Source of the DNA: Mobula hypostoma | Taxonomy: Eukaryota | Direction of reading: 5' to 3' | Length of the DNA stretch: 64,000 nt | Assembly (NCBI RefSeq): GCF_963921235.1 | Contig: NC_086097.1 | Coordinates: 55,988,001 to 56,052,000, forward strand | In this document: positions 23,952-36,584 of the stretch, one piece after another | Layout: each line of letters starts with the position of its first letter | Numbering within the stretch: the stretch's first letter is position 1 | Translations under genes and position numbers: made by a program | Notes under the pieces: generated by a model | What the model was told of the DNA's origin: nothing | Database searches by the model: none | What the model saw: the letters and a program-made list of their open reading frames with translations, nothing else

Positions 23952-25171
23952 AGAAACATAGAAACATAGAAATCTACAGCACATTAAAGGCCCTTCGGCC
24001 CACAATGTTGTACTGACCATGTAGGCTACTGTAGAAACTGCCTAGAATTTCCCTACCGCATAGCCCTCTATTTTTCTAAGCTCCATGTACCTATCTAAGA
24101 GTACCTTAAAAGACTCTATTGTATGCACCTCTACCACTACACTGGCAGTGCATTCCACGCACCCACCACTCTCTGCGTGAAAAATTTGCTTCTGACATCC
24201 CCCTTGTACCTACTTTCATGCACCTTAAAACTATGCCCCCTTGTGTTAGCCATTTCAGCCCTGGAAAAAAGCCTCTGGCCATCCACACGATTAATGTCTC
24301 TCATCATCTTAAACCATCTTATACACATCTATCAGGTCACCTCTCATCCTCCATCGCTCCAAGGAGAAAAAGGCCAAGTTCGCTCAACCTATTCTCATAA
24401 GGCACGCCCTCAAGTCCAAGTTACATCCTTGTAAATCTCTTCTGCACTCTCTTTGTAGTATCCACATCCTTCCTGTAATGAGGTGACCAGAACTGAACAC
24501 AGTACTCCAAGTGGGGTCTAACCAAGGTCTTATATAGCTGTAACATTACCTCACGGCTCTTGAACTCCCACGGTTGATGAAGGCCAACACACCCCATATG
24601 CCTTCTTGACAACACTGTCAACCTGCGCAGAAGCTTTAGGTGTCCTATGGACATGGGCCGCAAGATCTTGCTGATCCTCCACACTGCCAAGAGTCTTACC
24701 ATTAATATTATATTCTGTCTTCAAATATGACCTACCGAAATGAACAACTTCACACATCTGGCTTGAACTCCATCTGCCACTTCTCAGCCCAGTTCTGCAT
24801 CCTATTTGTCTCACTGTAACCTCTGACAACCGTCCATGCTATCCACAATACCCTCAACTTTTGTGTCATCAGCAAACTAACTAACCCACCCTTCTACTTC
24901 CTCATCCAGGTCATTTATAAAAATCGCAAAGAGGAGGAGTCCCAGAACAGATCCCTGAGGCACACCACTGATCACTGTCCTCCATGCAGAATGTGAACTA
25001 TCCACAACAACCCTTTGCTTTCTGTGGGCAAGCTAATTCTGGATCCACAAAGCAAGGTCTCCTTGGATCCAATGCCTCATTATTTTCTGAATGAGCCTTG
25101 CATAGGGAAACTTATCAAACACCTTACTGAAATCTATATACACTACATCCACTGCTCTACTTTCATCAATG
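23952..25171 (-). mobile_element. Younger 5'-truncated CR1 nested in the older CR1
   Basis: (AGAAACAT)n tail at 23952; LYKTLVRPHLEYCVQFWSPHYRKD; same subfamily as 26593-28760 and 30077-30642. Confidence 0.92.
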
Positions 25172-26990
25172 TGTGCTGGCAGTTTGTTCAAAACTTTCAC
25201 TACCCACTGGATGAAGAATTTCCCCTTCATACTCCCTTTAAACATTTCACTTTTCACACTTAACCTATGCCTCTCATAGTTTCACCCAACCTCAGTGGAA
25301 AAAGCCTGCTTGCTTTACTCTGTCTATACCCCTTATGATTTTGTATACCTCTATCAAATCTCCCCTCAATCTTCTATGTTCTAGAGAATAAAGTCCTAAC
25401 CTGTTCAACCTTTCCTTATAACTCAGGTCCTCAAGTCCCGCCAACATTCTTGTAATTTTTCTCTGCACTCTTTCAATCTTATTTACATTTTTCCTGTAGA
25501 TAGGTTACCAAAACTACACACAATACTCCAAATTAGGCTTCATGAATATCTTCTATAATTTCAACATAACATTCCAGCTCCTGTACTCAATACATTGATT
25601 TATGGCCAATGTGCCGAAAGCTTTCTTTATGACCCTACCTACCTGTATTCCCAGACCCCTCTGTTCTCCCGCACTCCTCAGTGCTCTACTGCTCACCGTG
25701 TAAGACTTACCTTAGAAAATCTCATACTTGTCTGCATTAAATTCCATTTGCCATTTTCAGTCCATTTTTCCAGCTGGTCCAGATCCTGCTGCTCGCTTTG
25801 ATAGTCTTCCTCATTGTCCATTGAAACTTGGTGACGCCTGCACACTTGCTGATCCGGTTTACCAGATCATCATCCGAATCATTGATATAGAGAACAAACA
25901 ACAGCCCCAGCACTGATCTCTGCAGCACACTACTAGTCACAGGCCTCCAGTCAAAGACGCAACCATCTACAACCACTCTCTGGCTTTTTCTGCGAAGCCA
26001 AAGTCTAATCTAATTTACTACCTCATCTTGAATGCCAATGGACTGAAACTTTTTGATCAACCTCCATGCGGAACCTTGTAAAATGCCTTGCTGAGGTCCA
26101 TGTAGACAACATTCACTGCCTTACCTTCATAAACTTTCTTGGTACCTTCCTTGAAAAACTCTATAACGTTAGTTAGACATGATTTACCACATAGAAAGTC
26201 ATGTTGACTATCCCTAACCAATCTTTGTTTATCCAAATTCTTAACTATCCAGTCCCTTAGAATACATAACGATAACTTTCCCACTACTGATGTCAGGCTC
26301 ACCAGACTATAGTTTCCTGGCTTATTCTTAGAGCCTTTCTTAAACAGTGGAACAACTTTAGCTATCATCCAATTGTCTGGCACCCACCTGTGGCTAAGGA
26401 TGTTTTAAATATCTTTGCTAGGGCCCCTGCAATTTCAGCACTAGCTTCCAACAGGATCCGAGGGAACACATTGTCAGGCCCTGGGAATTTACCAATCTTA
26501 ATTTGCCTCAAGACAGCAAACACCTCCTCCTCTGTAATCTGTATATTGTCCAAGACTTCACTGATGCATTGCCTCATATCTGTAGACCCTGTATCCAGGC
26601 TGTAATAAATCTAGTCAAGAAGAAAAGAAAAGCTTACAAAAGGTTCAGAGCTAGGTAATGTTAGAGATCGAGAAGATTATGAGGTTAACAGGAAAGAGCT
26701 TAAGAAGGAAATTAGGAGAGCCAGAAGGGGCCATGAGAAGGCCTTGGCGGGCAGGATTAAGGAAAACCCCAAGGCATTCTAAAAATATGTGAAGAGCAAG
26801 AGGATAAGACGTGAAAGAATAGGACCTATCAAGTGTGACAGTGGGAATGTGTGTATGGAACCAGAGGAAATAGCAGAGATAATTTATGAATACTTTACTT
26901 CAGTATTCACTATGGAAAAAGATCTTGGTGATTGTAGTGATGACCTTCAGCAGTCTGAAAAGCTTGAGCATGTAGATATTAAGGAAGAGG

Positions 26991-27761
26991 ATGTGCTGGA
27001 GCTTTTGGAAAGCATCAAGTTGGATAAGTCGCCGGGACCGGATGAGATGTACCCCAGGCTACTGTGGGAGGCGAGGGGGGGAGATTGCTGAGCCTCTGGC
27101 AATGATCTTTCCATCATCAATGGTGATGGGAGAGGTTCCTGAGGATTGGAGGGTTGCGGATGTTGTTTGTTTATTCAAGAAAGGGAGTAGAGATAGCCCA
27201 GGAAATTATAGACCAGTGAGTCTTACTTCAGTGGTTGGTATGTTGATGGAGAAGATTCTGAGAGGCAGGATTTATGAACATTTGGAGAGGTATAATATGA
27301 TTAGGGATAGTCAGCATGGCTTTGTCAAGGGCAGGTTGTGCCTTATGAACCTGATTGAATTTTTTGAGGATGTGACTAAACACATTGATGAAGGAAAAGC
27401 AGTAGATGTACTGTATATGGATTTCAGCAAGGCATTTGATAAGGTACCCCATGCAAAGCTTATTGAGAAAGTAAGGAGGCATGGGATCCAGGGGAACAGT
27501 GCTTTGTGGATCCAGAACTGGCTTGCCCACAGAAGGCAAAGAGTGGTTGTAGATGGGTCATATTCTGCATGGAGGTCAGTGACCAGTGATGTGCTTCAGG
27601 GATCAGTTCAGGGACCCTTACTTTTCGTGATTTTTATAAATGACCTGGATGAAGAACTGGAGGGATGGGTTAGTAAGTTTGCTGATGACACAAAGGTTGG
27701 GGGTGTTGTGGATAGTGTGGAGGGCTGTCAGAGGTTACAGAGGGACATTGATAGGATGTAA
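26991..27761 (+). pseudogene. CR1 reverse transcriptase core fragment
   Basis: Contains FADD catalytic motif; frameshift upstream (~27080) and premature stop at 27759. Confidence 0.9.
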
Positions 27762-28130
27762 AACTGGGCTGAGAAGTGGCAGATGGAGTTCAATCCAGAT
27801 AAGTGTGAAGTGGTTCATTTTGGTAGGTCAAATTATGATGGCAGAATATAGTATTAATGGTAAGAGTGTTGACAGTGTGGAGGATCAGAGGGATCTTGGG
27901 GTCTGAGTCCATAGGACGCTCAAAGCAGCTGCGCAGGTTGACTCTGTGGTTAAGAAGACATACGGTGCATTGGCCTTCATCAATCGTGGAATTGAATTTA
28001 GGAGCTGATAGGTAATGTTGCAGCTATATAGGACCCTGGTCAGACCCCACTTGGAGTACTGTGCTCAGTTCTGATCACCTCACTACAGGAAGGATGTAGA
28101 AAGGGTGCAGAGGAGATTTACAAGGATGTT

Positions 28131-28322
28131 CAAGCAACACACATCAAAGTTGCTGGTGAACGCAGAAGGCCAGGCAGCATCTCTAGGAAGAGGTACAGTC
28201 GACGTTTCAGGCCGAGACCCTTCGTCAGGACTAACTCAGTTAGTTGCTGCCTGGCCTGCTGCATTCACCAGCAACTTTGATGTGTGTTGCTTGAATTTCC
28301 AGCATCTGCAGAATTCCTGTTG
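28131..28322. mobile_element. 192-bp fold-back PLE terminal-repeat insertion carrying a hammerhead ribozyme
   Basis: 14-bp TSD TTTACAAGGATGTT (28117-28130, 28323-28336); arms 28131-28179 and 28245-28293 complementary at 47/49; nearly identical to the PLE end at 53260-53398. Confidence 0.92.
28197..28232 (-). ncRNA. Minimal type I hammerhead ribozyme motif
   Basis: Minus strand AGTC-CTGACGA-AGGGTCTCGGCCT-GAAAC-GTC-GACT, identical to 53359-53394. Confidence 0.8.
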
Positions 28323-30076
28323 TTTACAAGGATGTTGCCTGGATTGGGGAGCATGTCTTATGAAAACAGGTTGAGTGAGCTCAGTCTTTTCTTCTTGGAG
28401 CGACGAAGGATGAGATGATGAGAGGCACTGATCATGTGGATAGCCAGAGGCTTTTTCCCAGGGCTGAAATGGCTGCTACAAGAGGGCACAGGCTTAAGGT
28501 GCTTGGGAGCAGGTACAGAGGAGATGTCAGGGGTAAGTTTTTTATGCAGAGAGTGGTGAGTGCAGGGAATGGGCTGTCAGCAACGGTGGTGGAGGTGAAT
28601 ACGATAGGGTCTTTTAAGAGACTTTTGGATAGGTACATGGAGCTTAGAAAAATAGAGGGCTATGGGTAACCCTAGTAATTTCTAAGGTAGGGACGTGTTC
28701 GGCACAACTCTGTGGGCCAAAGGGCCTATATTGTGCTGTGGGTTTTCTGTGTTTCTATGTCTCTATCTCCAGAGTAAATACAGAATCCATTTAAGATCTC
28801 CCTCATTTCTTTCAACTCGACACTTACATTACCACTTTGATCTTCCCGAGGACTAATTTTCTCTTGCTATTCTTTTGTTCTTAGTATATGTGTAGAGACC
28901 CTTAGGATTTTCTATCACGTTGTCTGCTAGAGCAACCACATGCCTTCTTTTAGCCCTCTTGATTTTCTTCTTTAGTGTTCTCTTGCATTTATTATACTCC
29001 TCAAGTACCTCATTTGATCCTACCTGCCTCTACCTACCATGCACCTCCGTCTTTTTCTTAACCAAGGTTTCTTAATACTGTTATCCTTTCTTTTTATCCT
29101 GACAGGGACATACAAACACTATACCCTCAAGAATGCACTTTTGAAGGCCTCAACCTTACCAAGTACACATTTGTCAGAAAACAACCTGTCCCAGTCCTCA
29201 CTTGCCAAATCCTTTCTGATACCATTAAAATTGGCCTTTCTCCAATTTAGAATCTCAATCCAAGAACCAGCACTATTTTTTCCATAATTACTTTGAAACT
29301 AATGGCATTATGATCACTAGTTGAAAAGTATTCCCCTACCCAAACTTTTGTCACCTGACCCGTCTCTTTCCCTGATAGAGATGTAGTATTGCTGTCTCTC
29401 TGTTTGGGACTTCTATGTACTGATTAAGGAATCTTTCCTGAATACATCTGACAAACTCTTCTGGTGAAATGTTTCAGGGAGTATTACCAGAATCAGAATC
29501 AATCGTGAAGTTTTTTTGACAGAGGTGTGATCCTTTGTTGTAACAAAAAAAATGACCTAACAAAAATACAAGAAAAATGGTCTGAGCCTGAAATGAAAAA
29601 GAGCAAATAAAATAAACCAGCTGAGAATGAAAAATTAGAAACCTGCATTTGTCAGTTTGGAAGGCTGAACTCCATCAATGTTATAGTTAGTTTTAGGAGT
29701 ATTTTGTGGTCTGATGTACATATTAGTTAAAAGAGAACCAGCTGCACATTGGTAAAGACGACGAGTTTTTATTAATTCAATAAAATGTGCCGGAATTAGC
29801 TGTTTTCTAAACTTAGAAATTATGCAACAATGACTTGATTATCTTCAATTAAAAAAGTCAGTGTTCATGAACTTTTGCAGGGTTCTGAATATAGTTTTTC
29901 TCTTCTAAATCTAGGTAGTAGAGTTAGCAATGGATTGAAGTCCAGTTTTCAAATTGGATTGCTAGTTTTTGCTACACTGCTATTAGCACGCAAGATGGCA
30001 TCCAAACTATATGGTGTACTCCAAATATCATCGTGTTTTAAAAAATCAAGCTGAACCATACTAAGTGATGAACTAA

Positions 30077-30642
30077 TAGAAACATAGAAAACCTACAGCA
30101 CAATACAGGCCCTTCAGCCCACAAAGTTGTGCCAAACATGTCCCTACCTTAGAAATTACTAGGCTTACCTATAACCCTCTATTTTACTAAGCTCCATGTA
30201 CCTATCTAAAAGTCTCTTAAAAGACCCTATCGTATTCACCTCCACCACCGTGGCTGGCAGCCCATTCCACGCACTCACCACTCTCTGTATAAAAAACTTA
30301 CCCCTGACATCTCCTCTGTACCTACTCCCCAGCACCTTAAACCTGTGTCCACTTGTGGCAACCATTTCAGCCCTGGGAAAAAGCCTCTGACTATCCACAC
30401 AATCAATGCCTCTCATCATCTTATACACCTCTATCAGGTCACCTCTCATCCTCTGTCGCTCCAAGGAGAAAAGGCCGAGTTCACTCAACCTATTCTCATA
30501 AGGCATGCTCCCCAATCCAGGCAACATCCTTGTAAATCTCCTCTGCACCCTTTCTATGGCTTCCACATCCTTCCTGTAGTGAGGTGACCAGAACTGAGCA
30601 CAGACATCCTTCCTGCAGTGAGGCGATCAGAACTGAGTACAG
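30077..30642 (-). mobile_element. 5'-truncated CR1 with a 39-bp duplication at the truncation point
   Basis: ORF 30165-30566 (ERVQRRFTRMLPGL...RGDLIEVYK); tail AGAAACATAGAAA; imperfect tandem 30565-30603/30604-30642. Confidence 0.92.
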
Positions 30643-31084
30643 AATTAATTGGAGTTGGGCCTTAATCCAAAGGTGGTTAAGGTAGCAAACCTGTCAAGTT
30701 AAAAATCCAAAAGACTGTAATCATTAGCTATGTGTTTACCCCCAACATTAAATCTGTCTTAGTGTGACCAACCCTGTTAGATCACAAATACTGCCAAACC
30801 TTTAAGCCCGCAATAATTAGATGAAATTACAGGGCAAGCTAGGTGACAAAATGAAAAAAAACAGATAAATAAAGAAAAAAATGTAACTGCTGGAAATCCA
30901 AATTAAACATTGGAAACATTGGAAATGGACAGTAAATCAATCAGATTAATCCTTCACGTGTGATTCTTCAACATAATTGAAAAATGTGAAAGAATGGAAG
31001 TTCACAGTTTCTGTTGAAATAAATTACAGTATTTCAATATGACCCTAGGCTAACACTTTCCACATTTCAAATCCTACCATAGTC

Positions 31085-31900
31085 AAATCCCACCCACCAT
31101 TCACAGCCCTCTCTACATCAGCAGCACAGCAGAGGAAACTGCCAGCAGTTTCGAACTTCTGGGAGTGCACATCTTGCATCATCTCTCATGGGCCCCAAAT
31201 GCGTTCTACACCATCAGGAAAAGCTCACCAATGGCTCTACTTTCTGAGCAGGCTGAAGAGAGCAGACTATGTACGTTTATACTCAAGTCTTTCAACACAT
31301 AAACAGTAAAGGGCATCCTAACATATTGCATCACTGGTATGGAAGCTGCTCTGCGGCGTGCAGGAAAGCTCTATAGTGGGTAGTTCAAACTGCCTGATGC
31401 ATCACTGGTACCAGCATACCCACCATCAAGGACATATATACAGAAAGGCGTCAGAAAAGGCCAGTAACATCATGAAGGATCCCACCCACCCAGCTCATGG
31501 ACTGTTTGTCCCACTCCCATCAGGGAGGAGGCTACGTGGCATCCACGCCAGAATCACCAGACTCAAAAACAGTTACTTTCCCCAAGCAGTAAGGCTGATC
31601 AACACCTCCACCCACTGACCCACCCAACCATTCCCCCAACCAACACTACTTTATCATTTTCTGTCAGTTACCTTATGTATAGACACTCCTGTGCATAGCA
31701 TCACTTTATGGACATACAATCTACGTTTGTATGTATATAAGCCATCTTATGTATTTACATTTATTGTGTTTTTTAAATTATTGTGTGCTTTATCTATTGT
31801 ACTTCTTTTTGTGCTGCATTGGATCTGGAGTTATAATTATTTTGTTCTCCTTTACACTTGTGTACTGGAAATGACATTAAACAACGTTGATCTTGATCAT
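31085..31900 (+). mobile_element. Rex1/Babar LINE 3' fragment
   Basis: KDPTHPAHGLFVPLPSGRRLRGIHARITRLKNSYFPQAVRLIN; GATCTT-type tail; same family as 60165-60760. Confidence 0.9.
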
Positions 31901-32339
31901 AATCATACACTAATCTGGAATTCTCAACCTAGTCCTAATAGTGATAGTTAAATTAAGTATGGAGTTAACCATAGAGGAAGTTCGCAAGTATCCCTCAGAC
32001 CTTAACAACATGAGAAACCCTAAATGCTTTCTAACATATTATATTTTTACAGAAGTGATGTGAGAGATTAAAAAAATCAGACCACTGGCATTGAATCCTG
32101 CACTGGACCGAGCCTGCAAAGCCCTCTTCGCTAGCATACACAGAACTACCTATGTTATTTCAATGGATAGTCAAGTATAGTCTTCAGGGAATCATAGTTT
32201 GCATCCAATACCCAATTGCTTTCACGATGCTCACTGAGGAACCCGTTCTAATATCTGGACAATCTACCTGAGTAAAATGCATGGTTGTCCACACTCAATA
32301 AGCAGCAGTCCAGTGGTTCATGCTGATTGCCCTGAATTC

Positions 32340-32590
32340 TCATTGAATAAGGTCAGGCATGTGCAAGGAGCCCTCCTGATAAATCTCTCTTACCATCATC
32401 CCTCTGCTGATGATCCAGTAGATCTCCATGTTGAATTCTTCTCGGAAGAAACATAAAGACAAAGGCAAGACTTTCTGCGCATGATACTTCAAAGCCTCTG
32501 TTATGCAGCTCAATTCCGCCAGGCTAGTCCTCCAGCTGGTGGTGTGTAAAAAGCACAAGGATTTAAAAAATCTACCTGACTTCTCCTTGT
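32340..32590 (-). mobile_element. Possible L1/Tx1-type ORF2 remnant
   Basis: IYW...EGSLHMPDL loosely resembles the post-RT F.W...GGL..PD motif; single weak motif. Confidence 0.25.
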
Positions 32591-32641
32591 TAATGTTCCT
32601 GTGCAGAACCATCTTAAAACTGGGCAATCGTGAAGGCACGT

Positions 32642-32850
32642 GGATTTGGAACTGGAATTGCAATTGGTTCATTATTGCCCCATGTACTGAGATACAGTGA
32701 AAAGCTCATCTTGCATACTATTGATACAGATCAATTCATCACACAGTGCACTGAGGCAGAATAAAGTGTGACAACTGCAGAGAAAGTGCAGTGCGGGTAG
32801 GTAATAAGGTGCAAGATCATAATGAGGTAGATTGTGAGGTCAAGAGTCCA
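32642..32850 (-). mobile_element. Rex1-type 3' tail fragment
   Basis: 6-nt repeat-like tail (GGAACTGGAATTGCAATTGG) then TTCATTATTG...ATGTACTGAGATACAGTGAAAAGC. Confidence 0.55.
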
Positions 32851-33085
32851 AATAACAGACCATTAAAGTCTAAAGCCTCATGGGTAAATTAATCTCTCAC
32901 CCTAAATATAAAAGAACATAGCAATGACAGCACATGGCTTACATAAATAACTGCGCAAACTTGTTGAACCAGCAATATTTACAAACTAAATAACATTAAG
33001 TACAGCGAAAAGTGATCTTATCACCAACAGATTTGAACAAGCTTAATAGCTCAATGACTACACATGAGAAACATTAATTGCTCTG

Positions 33086-33440
33086 CGACATTTACTCGGC
33101 TCCGCGCTGAACTGAGGTTGTGGCTGGCTCCAGCTGTAGTGATGTCTGGCTTCACATCTGTGGTCTGGCAACGTTTACTCGGCTTTGCGATGAATTGTAC
33201 TGTGGCTGGCTCCAGCTGCAGAGACACCCGGCTTTGTGTGTTTTGTAAAACTTCAGTTATGAATCTATTTGCTTAGTTTTATTGTTTGCACAATTTGTTC
33301 TTTCCCCTGCTCTCTGCGCATTGGGTGTTTGACAGTCTTCCTTTTTTTAAATGGATTCTTTTGAGGCTGCCTGTAAGGAGACAAATTGCAAGGTTGTATA
33401 ATGTATACATACTTTGGTAATAAATGAACTTTGAACTCTG
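33086..33440 (+). mobile_element. Short element with ~85-bp internal tandem duplication and Rex1-type tail
   Basis: TTTACTCGGCT...TGTGGCTGGCTCCAGCTG occurs twice (~33091 and ~33174); ends AATAAATGAACTTTGAAC. Confidence 0.55.
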
Positions 33441-34374
33441 GGTTTTTAAAGTAAGAGAATATTTTGAAAAAGGTATCTCCCACTAACTTAATTTGGCTCA
33501 ATTCATTTTTCTCACCCCCAAGCAGGCATCATACAAAGCATTGTGGGTTTACCCCTCCCTTAGGCCCCTAGAACTGCTACATACCCACATTTCAAAGCTT
33601 GCCAAGTATTCCATATAAGCTGAATGAACTGTATGGGGGAATGGGAGGCTGCATAATAGTAGCTATTGTTGAGCCATATCAAGTTTCACTTCTTTCCATA
33701 CACAAAATCTGTTCTGTTTTATAAGCCACAGATAGTGTAAGCATTCACCTCTTTTCTCCCCCGCCCCTTAGCAGTACAGTGCCCTTGAGTCCTTATTCAC
33801 ATGTCCATGAATTGCTGCTTGGTCTACCAGTCTACTGTAAAGCAAGAAGACAGTGGGGATGAAGAAACACCATCACCATTTCATTCTCAAGATCACCAGT
33901 TCAGATATGGACACAGTACGTGATTTAATGCATAACTTAGAGCTGGGGCAGCAATATGGTGACACACTAGGTTGGGGTGTCCTGTAGCTCGGTCAGGGTC
34001 AGGGGCCAAACAGGTTGGAGGATGAAGTTGCATGGGCTTTGCGGCAGAATAATCTGATAAACATCTTGACGGAGTTGTCCACAGAAGGAGACTGCTGGGT
34101 CTCCTGGTGAACTGCTTGGCACATTGCTAGATCTGAGCTCAATGCTGAGGAGCAGGGATTTCTGTAGATATGGATGCCCGTCATTTAGCACAGGTGATAT
34201 CTCACCCACGAGGAAATGAGTAGTGGTTGGTGACTCAGCTTCCTCCACAGCACAAACAGAAACATGTTGGCTACTTCAGTGAAACACAGGCTGCTCTCAC
34301 ATAAGGCCAGTTTGCTTCCATGTGATTGTCTCATCATGATTGCTTGCAAAGCTTAAAGACAGTTTGGCAGGTAA

Positions 34375-34532
34375 TTTCTCCTCTCCCTCCTTACTCCTTA
34401 CCCTCTCCCCACCTTCTTATTCTGGTTTCTGTCTCCTTCCTTTCCAGTCCTAATGAAGAGCCTTGGCCCAAAACTTTTTCCCTCCATAGATGCTGCCTGA
34501 CATGCTAAGTTTCTCCAGCATTTTGTGTGTGG
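34375..34532 (+). mobile_element. PLE terminal-repeat fragment with decayed hammerhead
   Basis: CAGTCCTAATGAAGAGCCTTGGCCCAAAAC...CATAGATGCTGCCTGACATGCT...CCAGCATTTTGTGTGTG. Confidence 0.7.
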
Positions 34533-35226
34533 TTCTAAACTCAGGTGAAGACTTTAAACCCTATGAGATACAAATATCCACAAGTATTCTCACAAAAGGG
34601 AGAATATACTGTAACTACCCATCTTCAAAGCCTGGTTCACTTCTCTGTTTATTCTCCATGGTTAGTTTAACTGCCAAAACTCACTATTTGAATGGTGGGT
34701 CCCCTCTCCCTACCAAAGAGAAGATACTTCCAGGTATCAAAATAGTTTAAAGCGCAGTTCATTTATTTTCAGTGCTACATGTTTAAATCCAAACAACATC
34801 CTTAAAACATATTTAAAACTCACAGAGTATTTCTATCTTCCAAAATATTTCCAAATTACAAACCATTTCTCAAACACAAAGGAATTCCAAAACACGGGTA
34901 CAATTCCTATAAACCAAAATGACATACCAACAATGCAGACAAACGAATCATCCATTGCAAAAATCAAAGCCAGAGGAATGAATTCTAGTTCACCCTGTGT
35001 TTCTTTTATGCTTTTTGATATTCCTTACCCCATTCCTAATAAGCCTGAACTGCTGTCTACATTTATACAGTTTCTTTGTCACTTGGGTGACTTCACAGCT
35101 ATATGATATTTCCCCAGATACCCTTTTTATACACAAGGTCTAAAAGCTTCTTGGGGATGTAGTTCCCAACTACCTATAATTAATGCTGTGAAGTTAACTT
35201 CCTTGAGTATATAAGCCTTCCAATGC

Positions 35227-35650
35227 TAATATATCAGTTATCGATAAGCTAAATCATTTTATCCATCTGGTCTGCAAACTTCAGTGAATTAAACAACATT
35301 GCCTTTGTTGGCTGTTTTGAAACAAGCCAAATTAAAAAACCCATTTTCTTATACTGCACCTCTTCAGCTGTATTCAGGAGCTATGAACCAGCAAGTCTTT
35401 GCTATAAACAGAGCTTGTTTACAAAGCTGCTCTATAGATAGCACTTTACTTCAACTTCAAGCTGATTACTGCTTGCCATTTACATTTCAGAACTGTAAGA
35501 CTAGCTCCCATTTACAACCAGAAGCTCAACAAAGCATATAGTTGGAGACTTACTTACAGTTGTTTTACCTTACAAGTAGCAACTGCTGTGTTTAGAAAGT
35601 GAGCTTGAACCCTCGAACCCCTGAACCCCTGGCCCAGGAATCAAATATCC
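35227..35650. repeat. Diverged direct repeat, copy 1 (copy 2 at 37916-38320)
   Basis: Collinear similarity with identical 26-mer (35462-35487) and 19-mer (35528-35546). Confidence 0.85.
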
Positions 35651-36584
35651 ATTACAAGGCTCCCTTGCTAAGTGAAGATTTCTAACCAAGCTTCTTCAAA
35701 TGGATATCAGCTTTAAGATCACAACTCCTGCCAGGACTCCTCTTGGGAATAGACTATCACTTCTCCAAATGTTCCGGTAGGTTACTAGTGCTAGAAAGGC
35801 TCTCTTCGATCAATGCTCAAAGAACTGATTGAGTACTCCCCAACGTAGGAGCTTCTATGTGAGTTTCTCATTAGAGTAATCACTCCCGTAATCACAGCTT
35901 CACACTACAAAGGAAAGTCAGCATTATAGTTTTTCATAAACAGGCAACAACAATGCATCAATGTTCATGTTATGTCTGTCTTTAAGATCTTCATCCCCAC
36001 AAACAGTTCTTACCATTTCCTTGATGTGTTTGAATCACCGTCTCTGTCGCCATTAGTTCATCAGATCAGCAGGCGATGTCTCTCAATAAGCTGAAGTTCA
36101 TTTATTTCAGAGGGTGTTCACACATTGCTTTTGATGTGGTGTAAACTTTACTCAGGTTTTCTGAAAATGAGTCTTGTAAAAACAGCACTGATTGTGTATT
36201 GCTGTCTTACAGTCTCACATTTTAGTTATAGAAAATTATATCCACTTAAATGATTTTACAATGTAATAATCTACATAATAGTTGAAACATTTACAGAAGT
36301 AAGGAAGAGTACAGTTGTTCTTTTGAGGATTCTGTCTATGCCTTTAATGCTAGGCTCTCAGAAAAATATGTCGGAACATCAGGATTGGTTATGTCCCTCC
36401 CTTGGGAGTGAAGATACATTAGTGTGATGCAATTTAACATTCTGATAACAACCATATCATTTGCGTAAGTCTCGTCTGGTGATTCTGGACTCTGTGTATA
36501 ATTGTTCAGGTCTTACCTTTTTATTTTGTTAAGGATTGGACCTAACTAAGAAGAATTGACACATCTTCTGCAGATACCTCTTCT

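Larger units (their letters stand above)
26593..28760 (+). mobile_element. Younger 5'-truncated CR1 nested in opposite orientation
   Basis: ORF 26991-27761 with NYRPVSLTSVVG, DFSKAFDKVPH, QGSVQGPLLF, KFADDTK; GTTTCTAT-type tail near 28742-28760. Confidence 0.95.
23769..29460 (-). mobile_element. Older CR1 broken into 23769-23951, 25172-26592 and 28760-29460
   Basis: ORFs 25737-25976, 26057-26383 and 26365-26577 give collinear RT motifs (FPGPDNVFPRIL, VSLTSVVGK, DLSKAFYKVPH); tail at 23769; endonuclease SDHN remnant near 29305. Confidence 0.85.

Noticed and set aside
25033..25257. Fusion ORF
   Set aside because: Spans the junction of two nested CR1 copies at ~25171.
28105..28374. Novel 89-aa protein
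   Set aside because: Chance read-through of a CR1 frame into the hairpin insertion.
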